NCBI GenBank assembly: GCA_041663145.1
Contig: JBAZRG010000001.1
Coordinates: forward strand, 254,984 to 318,983
Direction of reading: 5' to 3'
DNA length: 64,000 nucleotides
DNA from: Minisyncoccota bacterium
GTDB taxonomy: Bacteria > Patescibacteriota > Minisyncoccia > Phycocordibacterales > PALSA-1337
Shown here: piece after piece, positions 21,407 through 29,339 of the stretch
Numbering within the stretch: position 1 is the first letter of the stretch
Layout of the letters: the number at the start of each line of letters is the position of its first letter
Notes under the pieces: generated by a model
Databases searched by the model: none
Seen by the model: only the letters and a program-made list of their open reading frames with translations
Told to the model about the DNA's origin: nothing
Position numbers and translations under genes: made by a program

Positions 21407-21513
21407 AGTATAGCATTTTTAACACTACTTGTCAATTCTTTGACGATTTCGTCAAATGTGTGTCGCCATAGGGCTCTGTTAAGCCACCTTGTAAACCACG
21501 GTCGTTATTCGCC
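21407..21513 (-). repeat. R3: conserved promoter/operator module (copy 3 of 3)
   Basis: TTGACA-17-TGcTATACT; TTTGACGATTTCGTCAAA palindrome. Confidence 0.6.
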
Positions 21514-21587
21514 CCCACTCGACTATCTTTGGAGGTTAGTTCCTTCTTCGCTCTTCGCAAAGCTCGGAGCTACGAAGGACAAGCACC

Positions 21588-21827
21588 TCAAACTAACCTC
21601 TTTCTGCTAAAAGCAAAGCCAGATCCTTTCTTCAAGTATTTTTCAAACTGTAAAGCTTTTGTTTTGTTATTAAAACAGCAGTACCACGATAGTTGCACAG
21701 GTCTTCTATCTTTTGTTGAATCAACTAATCCTTTGTTGTGATAACTTATTCGATTCTTCAGATTATCGGAAGAACCAACATAATAGGAGTTATCATGACA
21801 TTTAAGAATGTAAACGAAATGTGACAT
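21588..21827 (-). CDS. GIY-YIG nuclease superfamily protein (UPF0213/YhbQ-like)
   Basis: 79 aa; FVYILKC...YYVGSS...NRISYHNKG GIY-YIG signature. Confidence 0.8.
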   Translation of the reverse strand: MSHFVYILKCHDNSYYVGSSDNLKNRISYHNKGLVDSTKDRRPVQLSWYCCFNNKTKALQFEKYLKKGSGFAFSRKRLV

Positions 21828-21964
21828 ATTAAAATATTAACAGATCGTGTCCTTCTACGCTAAAGCTTCGAAGGACTACTTCGCAATTTTTATAATAATC
21901 TTCGTGATACTCATTGTGCCTGCACTTCGAAGCAATTTGTCCTTTTAGACAAATTGCGAAGTAG

Positions 21965-22035
21965 TGCGGGTAGCGAGAATCGAACTCGCGTCTCAACCTT
22001 GGGAAGGTCGCATTCTGCCACTAAACCATACCCGC
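21965..22035 (-). tRNA. tRNA-Gly (anticodon CCC)
   Basis: GCGGGTA acceptor, anticodon loop TTCCCAA, T-arm CGCGAG-TTCGATT-CTCGC; followed by conserved trailer hairpin. Confidence 0.8.
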
Positions 22036-22439
22036 TAAAAACCAAATTTTTGAATCAGAGAACTCCACCAACCAATATCTGCTCCGATGTTGGATTGCAA
22101 ACTCGACGTTGATGATACGGATGATCCATCCGACTCAGATCGATCCACGATAACTGCCACAGATTCCCCATCTTTTACGGCACGATACCTGGTGCGCAAC
22201 TCTGACTCTATTCCCATTTCAGTCGAGAGATATGAGACTCGATAACTGAGATCAGACCTTCTCTCTTCCAATTTATCTATCTCCTGTCGAGCCAGAGCCA
22301 GTCTTTCTTCACTAATATTATTTTTTGCATTCATACTCCAGGTCGCTTTTGCCAGAATACCAACCAGAACAACCAATACCACAACGAATATTGGTGAGGA
22401 ACGTATCTTGACCCAAACTGAACGTTTGCCGTATTTCAT
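22035..22439 (-). CDS. FtsB/DivIC-like septum formation initiator (TM + coiled coil)
   Basis: 134 aa; N-terminal TM then heptad-rich segment, Ser-rich tail. Confidence 0.45.
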   Translation of the reverse strand: MKYGKRSVWVKIRSSPIFVVVLVVLVGILAKATWSMNAKNNISEERLALARQEIDKLEERRSDLSYRVSYLSTEMGIESELRTRYRAVKDGESVAVIVDRSESDGSSVSSTSSLQSNIGADIGWWSSLIQKFGF

Positions 22440-22572
22440 CTCTCACAGTATACTAGATCTGTCATGTTATTTCACGAAAAAACAAAAAAGGTTGCGGGTG
22501 TTGGATTCATAGTAGTCGGTATTTTGGTCATCATAAGCATGGTGCTTATGTATTTTCCAGTCTGGCAGTAGA

Positions 22573-24405
22573 TCAACCCTGTCTCATCATTTTGACGAAG
22601 ACATCTTGAGGGATATTGACTGAACCGTGAGCTTTCAAACGCTTACGACCTTCTTTTTGCTTTTCTCGAAGCTTCATTTTACGGGTGATATCACCTCCGG
22701 ACAACGTGGCGGCGGCGTCTTTCTTTTTACCTGAGATAGTTTCTGATGAAATAATTCTACCAAAAGCGCTTGCTTGGATTTTGAATGTAAAGAGTTCTCT
22801 AGGCATGACTTCATACAATTTCTTGACCATTGACTCTGCATCTTCTGGTACTCTCCTCCTCGAAACTACCCTACTAAAAGCCGGCACAACTTCATCAGCT
22901 ACCAAGATATCCATCCTCACCACATCAGCCGGTCGATTTTCGGAGATGTCATACGAGATCGAAGCATAACCAGAAGATATGCTTTTTACTTCATCAAAGA
23001 AATTTCGCATCAGTTCTCGTAGTGGCATGATGAGTGTGACCAATGATCGATTGTCACCAAAGTTTTCCGTAGCCAATACCTCTGCTTCATGTTCATAGAG
23101 TGACTTCATGAGACCACTCAAATATTTTGGTGGGGTGATGATCTTCATAGTGACCAATGGTTCGAATACTGCTTTTATCTCATGATCATCTGGAAATAGA
23201 GCCGGTGAATATATGGTAACTCGACGATCATCTTTCATTACGACTTCATAAGTGATCGATGGTTGAGTAACTACCAGGTTGAGGCTGAATTCCCTTCGCA
23301 GACGTTCGGTGACAATCTCCATATGAAGCATACCTAGAAAACCACATCGATAGCCTTTACCGAGTGTGCCAGACGCTTCTTCTTCATATGTAAAAGACGA
23401 ATCAGAAAGTCGCAAACGTCCCAGAGCTTGTCTCAATAGAGCTAGATCATCCTGACTTTCGGGATAGAGTGAAGCCCAAACCACCGGTCGTGGTGTCTGA
23501 TAACCAGAAAGTGGTGGCAAAGGATCACGAAGAGATGAAACTGTATCTCCAACCGAGGCGATACCAGGTTCCTTGATGCCAGTTACGATATAGCCGATCT
23601 CACCTTCGTCTAGAGAATCAGTTTCTGTATTATCAGGTTTGAATATTCCAACTTCTATAGATTCAAATTCTTTTTCGGCTACTTTGAAAATCAGTTTATC
23701 ATGTCTTTTGACACTACCATTCATAACACGGATATAAACTATAACTCCAGTATGATTGGAATATGAAAAATCAAAAATTATTGAACGGAAAAATGGCGAA
23801 TCGGCTTTCTCCGGATTTGTATCCGGCGAAGGCACTCTGTTTACTATTTCATCGAGCAAATGACCGACACCCTCCCCTGTTTTACCGGAAACTTTGAGGA
23901 CTTCTTCGACCGAACAATTCAATAACTGACAGACTTCGGTTACGACCTCATCTGTTCTAGCCAATGGAGAGTCTATCTTTGAGACAACCGGTATGATCTT
24001 TAGTCCGGCATCACGAGCCATATTGAGCGTAGTCAAAGTTTGAGCTTGGACGCCCTGAGTAGCATCTACGAGAAGAATAGAACCCTCAACAGCCTTGAGT
24101 GCCCTCGAGACCTCATATGAGAAGTCTATATGTCCGGGTGTATCGATCAAGTTCAGTTCAAATTCGGCACTTTCTGACATGGCTCCATCTGGACCTCTAT
24201 ATTTGGTATTCCATTTCATCCTTACAGGTTGCATCTTGATCGTGATTCCCCGTTCACGCTCGAGTTCCATGGAATCTAGGACCTGTTCCTGCATTTTTCG
24301 CTTTTCTATTGTTCCGGTTATCTCAAGCATCCTATCGGCAAGCGTGGACTTGCCGTGATCGATATGAGCGATAATGGAGAAATTACGTATGAAAGCGGGT
24401 TTCAT
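22573..24405 (-). CDS. lepA: translation elongation factor 4
   Basis: 610 aa; AHIDHGKST G1 motif, LepA C-terminal domain. Confidence 0.95.
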   Translation of the reverse strand: MKPAFIRNFSIIAHIDHGKSTLADRMLEITGTIEKRKMQEQVLDSMELERERGITIKMQPVRMKWNTKYRGPDGAMSESAEFELNLIDTPGHIDFSYEVSRALKAVEGSILLVDATQGVQAQTLTTLNMARDAGLKIIPVVSKIDSPLARTDEVVTEVCQLLNCSVEEVLKVSGKTGEGVGHLLDEIVNRVPSPDTNPEKADSPFFRSIIFDFSYSNHTGVIVYIRVMNGSVKRHDKLIFKVAEKEFESIEVGIFKPDNTETDSLDEGEIGYIVTGIKEPGIASVGDTVSSLRDPLPPLSGYQTPRPVVWASLYPESQDDLALLRQALGRLRLSDSSFTYEEEASGTLGKGYRCGFLGMLHMEIVTERLRREFSLNLVVTQPSITYEVVMKDDRRVTIYSPALFPDDHEIKAVFEPLVTMKIITPPKYLSGLMKSLYEHEAEVLATENFGDNRSLVTLIMPLRELMRNFFDEVKSISSGYASISYDISENRPADVVRMDILVADEVVPAFSRVVSRRRVPEDAESMVKKLYEVMPRELFTFKIQASAFGRIISSETISGKKKDAAATLSGGDITRKMKLREKQKEGRKRLKAHGSVNIPQDVFVKMMRQG

Positions 24406-24457
24406 TGCTCAATGAATATAGCAGATTATTGTTATTTGTTATAGTCGTAGGCTCCTT

Positions 24458-27400
24458 TTATTCACTTTTCAGCACAAACCCCCTCGTCCCCTCTCCAAAG
24501 AGTCCTGTCCCATACTTTAGTCCCAATGGAGTAAGTATGTAAGGAGCATTAGCTTCTTGGAACTTAATGAGTGCTTTTTTAGTAAGAGCACCAAAAAATG
24601 TAGTTTCATTACCTAGGGAACCAGGACCAGTCAGAGATACAGTAAATCCATGAGTATTTAGGTATTGTTGCAGTGCTTTGACATCATCTCCTGTCATACC
24701 TAGTCTTAGTGTTCTTTTGAATGGGTATGTGGTTGTCGCTGTTGTGGTAGAAGATGATATTATTTTGAGGTTATACTGTTTAGCCACCTTTTTAGCTTCA
24801 TCTTTTTTGCCCATAGACAGAAGATTGGAGACTCTGTTCATTGGAGTACTTCCACTACTCGAAGAAATCGGTGATACTGGAGCTGAAGTGTGTTCTACCG
24901 TGAATGTATGGGTTGAATAGCCTCCAGTATATGTGAATGTAATGTGTCCTGTACTATCAGCCCTGCATACACCGTTTGTGCAGGTAGTTCCTGTGATACT
25001 ACTAGATACTAAACTATCTACCTTTACTAGGTAATATTCATTGGAAGTAAGATCACCTATTGTATATACAGTAGTAGTTGCATTTGTGGATGAGACTGTC
25101 CATGATTTGAGACTGTCTGTCCAGGTGATATTTGATATGTTGAGCCACTCTGGACGTGTGGTGGAGGCAGAGTAAGTCCATGTCTCTCCCGGTGCAATAT
25201 TGAGGTCTACTGTCATACTGGATGATGTGGCTGTTGTGTATCTATACTTCCTGTCTCCGTATATGCGTATGTTGCCTGTGGAGTCTAGTTTGTGGGTTCC
25301 TAGGGTAAATGGAGGCTGGTATTCCACTGCTCCGATGTCGGGGGTGCCGTAGATGGGGTTGTCGAGGAAGTCGCCAATTAAAGATATACTGGTGCCAGAA
25401 TCAATTGCTGTGGAAGTCGATACAATCGAGAAATCACTGCTAACCAACCCAGGGAAATATACATCTTCATCTTTACCATTAGTTTCTAAATTACTATCAT
25501 ACAAATTAAAATCAAAAACCCCCGCACCTGTTGTACTGATAGTAGTTGTACTTATTACATTATTTTTCACATTTGAACCTGAAGCAGCATTTATGCTAGT
25601 CGTATTACCATATAGAGTATTATTGTAAGCATTCGCATTAGATGATAATACTAGACCCGAAGCTGAATAATTTATTACATTATTCAATGTGTCTACAGCG
25701 CCTGTAACTGTTATGCCAGTCCAATCTCCTTTAGCTGGTAATCCTGAAATCGGATAAGCTAATATCCCATTACCAATACTCCAATCTTTTATACTAGTGA
25801 AAAATGTTTTAATTGGAGCAACTCCGCTGAAAGTCAACCCTTTATTGGGAATAAATTTTATATAATTTTGAGTGCTAATAAATGGTAATAGTGCGACTGA
25901 ATCATTTATCGTATCTGTCTTTGCTATAATCAAAGTCTTGCCAACCCAATCTATATCTGCAGGAGTTTCGTAAGTATATGTAATTGTTGAGGTACCTGAT
26001 ACTGTGTCCCCAGGATTCCAAAATTTGTTTTGATAAGTATTTTTGAGTAAGTATAATTTATTAGATCCATTAGATTGATACCCTTCTGCTGTATCCGTAA
26101 AATCAAGGCTTACTTTTAAATTAATATTTCCTCCGAAATAATCTAAATGTGAACTTGTATCAGTTGGAGTGCCGATAACCGCTCCAGGTAACGATCCATC
26201 ACTCGGCTGTAATATTTTTGTATTACTATCGATGCCGTAATATCTAAATTCTGTACTTGTCGGTGCAGAATTTATCTCTGGTGAAAGCGCTCCAATATAA
26301 AAACTTGTAGAAGTAGCCCCTTGGTTCTTGAAAGACAGTTGATAACCACGTTTAAAGAATGAGTCAGTCCATTGAAATGTTCTAGTGATGTCTGCAAAAT
26401 CATCAGTAGGTGAAGCGGTTCCATATAGATTATTGCTTTCAGCTATTGTGATTTGGTTTCCATGAACTACATCTCCAACATTTAAATTACCATCCATAGT
26501 GTAAGAAGTGCCATCAATATCAATACTTGTTATCGATCCTCCGTTTTCATGATTAGGATGAGCTGGACCGGGTACAAAGCCATTAAAGCTTCCACTATCT
26601 CCTTTTGGTCTCATTGTTGCAGCAATTGTAACCGACGTTCCTTGGTTTTCAATTTGATTAGTATCAGTGGTACCCCAATTTAAATCACCTGGATTAATAT
26701 CCTGATAGTTCGCATATCTGATTCCAGCAATATAAGCTCTGTCATAACCTGATGAGTTATATCCGACAACCTCAATTTTTACAACATCGCCTCTTCTAAC
26801 ATTTTGACCTATAGCTATAGAAAACACTGCTGTGCTTGTACCAACATTATTTGCTTTTCCAAAAACGAGAGGTGATGTATTCATATAGAATTGTCCACTG
26901 GCATCAAGATTTCCAACATTCGATTGAATCGAATCGTTAATTTTTACTCTGATCGTACCGTTTACTGCGCCAGAATACCAATAACCTAATAGCAATATGT
27001 CTGCATCTTGTGTTAGAGTTGTCGTACCATAAGCTGAGTATGCAGTATAGGTGGCAGTTGGGTCATACATTTTTACAGTGTAACCTTCTTTAGAATCGTT
27101 TGACCAAACTCCATCATTTCCATTCGTCCATACCCATTGTTCCCTCGCTTGAAAATTACTAGTCGACGCAATGTTTAATACTGCATTAGCGTTATTATCC
27201 CACGACCCACCTCCACCAACATATTGAAATAGTTTTGTCCTCGCCCATTTCATATTAGTCTGTCCCGCTTGGCTTGGAGCTCCTTGGACTGGCTGATATA
27301 CATAAAGAATACCAGTTGTTCCACCATCTGTTTTTGCTTTGTTGTATTCCAAATAAACAGCCGCACTAGTAACATTAACAAAAAACAACGATGTTATTAT

Positions 27401-27520
27401 AGAAATAGAAGAAAACAAAACGACGATTCGCAAAATAAAGACCCAACTTTTTGTTTGTTTTATATTTAAATCTTCAATTAACTCTCTCTCTCTCGATTCC
27501 TTTAACATAATTTGTAACAT
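24458..27520 (-). CDS. large cell-surface protein: N-terminal TM/signal, beta-helix-like Asn/Thr/Ser-rich repeats, C-terminal peptidoglycan-binding (PG_binding_1-like) domain
   Basis: 1020 aa; C-terminal ...MTGDDVKALQQYLNTHGF...TKKALIKFQ motif; (GA)6 repeat at codons 8-13. Confidence 0.6.
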   Translation of the reverse strand: MLQIMLKESRERELIEDLNIKQTKSWVFILRIVVLFSSISIITSLFFVNVTSAAVYLEYNKAKTDGGTTGILYVYQPVQGAPSQAGQTNMKWARTKLFQYVGGGGSWDNNANAVLNIASTSNFQAREQWVWTNGNDGVWSNDSKEGYTVKMYDPTATYTAYSAYGTTTLTQDADILLLGYWYSGAVNGTIRVKINDSIQSNVGNLDASGQFYMNTSPLVFGKANNVGTSTAVFSIAIGQNVRRGDVVKIEVVGYNSSGYDRAYIAGIRYANYQDINPGDLNWGTTDTNQIENQGTSVTIAATMRPKGDSGSFNGFVPGPAHPNHENGGSITSIDIDGTSYTMDGNLNVGDVVHGNQITIAESNNLYGTASPTDDFADITRTFQWTDSFFKRGYQLSFKNQGATSTSFYIGALSPEINSAPTSTEFRYYGIDSNTKILQPSDGSLPGAVIGTPTDTSSHLDYFGGNINLKVSLDFTDTAEGYQSNGSNKLYLLKNTYQNKFWNPGDTVSGTSTITYTYETPADIDWVGKTLIIAKTDTINDSVALLPFISTQNYIKFIPNKGLTFSGVAPIKTFFTSIKDWSIGNGILAYPISGLPAKGDWTGITVTGAVDTLNNVINYSASGLVLSSNANAYNNTLYGNTTSINAASGSNVKNNVISTTTISTTGAGVFDFNLYDSNLETNGKDEDVYFPGLVSSDFSIVSTSTAIDSGTSISLIGDFLDNPIYGTPDIGAVEYQPPFTLGTHKLDSTGNIRIYGDRKYRYTTATSSSMTVDLNIAPGETWTYSASTTRPEWLNISNITWTDSLKSWTVSSTNATTTVYTIGDLTSNEYYLVKVDSLVSSSITGTTCTNGVCRADSTGHITFTYTGGYSTHTFTVEHTSAPVSPISSSSGSTPMNRVSNLLSMGKKDEAKKVAKQYNLKIISSSTTTATTTYPFKRTLRLGMTGDDVKALQQYLNTHGFTVSLTGPGSLGNETTFFGALTKKALIKFQEANAPYILTPLGLKYGTGLFGEGTRGFVLKSE

Positions 27521-27653
27521 AAAAAGTATTTAGGATTGTATAAAATATTTCAGATCAACCACTTCGGTATTATACTCCATTTATCTCAATTTTTACATGT
27601 ATACAAAGTTGATAAACACCCACATCAGTCCAGCATAATGCGTATTATTTTCC

Positions 27654-29333
27654 TCAAATGTGTTCCACCTCCGCCGGAGGTACCTGCACCTTCCAGATTT
27701 TTCTGTGGAGTGTGTCGCTGACCGCTTCGAGCTCTTTATTCTTCAATATTTTCAATATGCAGATGAGAACAACTAGACCGATGAATCCGGCAGATAGGCC
27801 TTGCAGGAATATTCCCCAGACTTTGGTGAGTGGAAAGACTGCGGCGAACAATCGGAGTGATAGATATGTGACGTAGCCCATGATGACCGAGGCGGCGAAG
27901 GAGTGATACAGAGTCTCCAGGACTGGTCGGGAGAAACCTGGGAACGATCGTTCGTATATGACCCAATGCATGATCGTGTTTATTATCACCCCAAAAGCAA
28001 AAGCCAAAGGTAATACTAGAACCGCAGTGCCGGTCTGACCTTGAACTTTGAGTAGATATTCGATGAAGTATTGGAATACTGGATATGTAGCGAAGACTTT
28101 TACCAATACAAATCCAGAGACAATGATGATGAGTGCAGATATTGCATTTATGATAAGCGGTACAGTTGTCTTGCCATTGGCATAAAATGATCTGATGAAT
28201 AGTAAGACCAGACTTTGCCCGACAACTGACACTACAAATATAGCCAGGGCCGCGGCAGTGAGTCGTGTATCTGACCAGTCAAATGCTCCAGCTCCCAATA
28301 TTGTTCGAACAATCTGAGCTCGCAAAACAACAAACATGACCGTGATCGGTACCGACCAAAAGATGATATGCTGAGCCGAAGTTATCATTTTCTTTTTGAA
28401 TTCTGCCGTATTTCCCTTGAATAAGAGATGCGACAATGTCGGAAAGACTGCCGATGAATAACTGGCACCTATGAGTGACAGCGGGACTGACTGAATATTG
28501 AAGGCGAAATTGAAGACAGAAATGGAACCGGCAGACATGAGAGAAGCCAGTGAGATCAGAACAAAAGAAGCCAACTGATTTGCCGATAGTGTAAGAGTTC
28601 TCGGAATAGTCGAAAACACAACATGTTGCATATCTGACCAATTTATCCGCCATGTGAAGCGTGGCATAACACCTTCATAGATGATGAATGGCACCTGTAT
28701 TGCCACATGGAGAAATGCTCCCAAAGCGACTCCGATAGCCAGTCCAGATATGCCGAAGGCTGGGTATCCGAAAATAACACCGACGATGATACCGGCATTG
28801 TATACGACCGGACTCATGGCATAGACCAAGAATCTGTGACGCATCTGAGTCAGACTGGAGAAGAGATTTGAAAGCCCTAGAAAGAACGGCGAAAACAACA
28901 TGATTCGAAGAGACAAGATAAGATCGGGCAAAGCCGGATCATTGGCAAAACCTGGAATGATCTTCGGCACTAACCATGGAGCTAAGAAGAATATGATGAC
29001 AGAAGCTAGAATAATAACCACAAAAAACACAGTAAATATACTATCTGCAAATTTTCGTCCGTGATTATTACCCTTTTCAAATCTTTCTATGAAATAAGGT
29101 AGGAGTACCGAAGCAGAAACTAGAGAACCTATCGATACGAACAATAGATCTGGGATTCGAAAAGATGCATAGTAGACATCGAGTGCCCTGTCTGCACCAA
29201 ACGAATATGCTAATAATTTGTCTCGTACAAGAGCCAATATTTGAGACAATAGTGCAAACACTGCCAAAAGATACGCAGCCTCATGTAGGCCGCGTATCTC
29301 TTGTCCAAAAAATGAAAACCAGCGTTTGACCAT
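27654..29333 (-). CDS. murJ: lipid II flippase MurJ
   Basis: 559 aa; MviN/MurJ N-terminal conserved region, 14 TM. Confidence 0.85.
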   Translation of the reverse strand: MVKRWFSFFGQEIRGLHEAAYLLAVFALLSQILALVRDKLLAYSFGADRALDVYYASFRIPDLLFVSIGSLVSASVLLPYFIERFEKGNNHGRKFADSIFTVFFVVIILASVIIFFLAPWLVPKIIPGFANDPALPDLILSLRIMLFSPFFLGLSNLFSSLTQMRHRFLVYAMSPVVYNAGIIVGVIFGYPAFGISGLAIGVALGAFLHVAIQVPFIIYEGVMPRFTWRINWSDMQHVVFSTIPRTLTLSANQLASFVLISLASLMSAGSISVFNFAFNIQSVPLSLIGASYSSAVFPTLSHLLFKGNTAEFKKKMITSAQHIIFWSVPITVMFVVLRAQIVRTILGAGAFDWSDTRLTAAALAIFVVSVVGQSLVLLFIRSFYANGKTTVPLIINAISALIIIVSGFVLVKVFATYPVFQYFIEYLLKVQGQTGTAVLVLPLAFAFGVIINTIMHWVIYERSFPGFSRPVLETLYHSFAASVIMGYVTYLSLRLFAAVFPLTKVWGIFLQGLSAGFIGLVVLICILKILKNKELEAVSDTLHRKIWKVQVPPAEVEHI

Positions 29334-29339
29334 TAGAGA

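Noticed and set aside
18923-21513. R1-R3 interpreted as integron attC sites of a cassette array
   Set aside because: Gene-plus-repeat units are co-oriented like integron cassettes, but no intI integrase or attI is nearby. The repeats lack the RYYYAAC/GTTRRRY core pair (closest matches are GTTAAGA/GTTAGAA). The conserved part reads better as a -35/-10 promoter plus operator.
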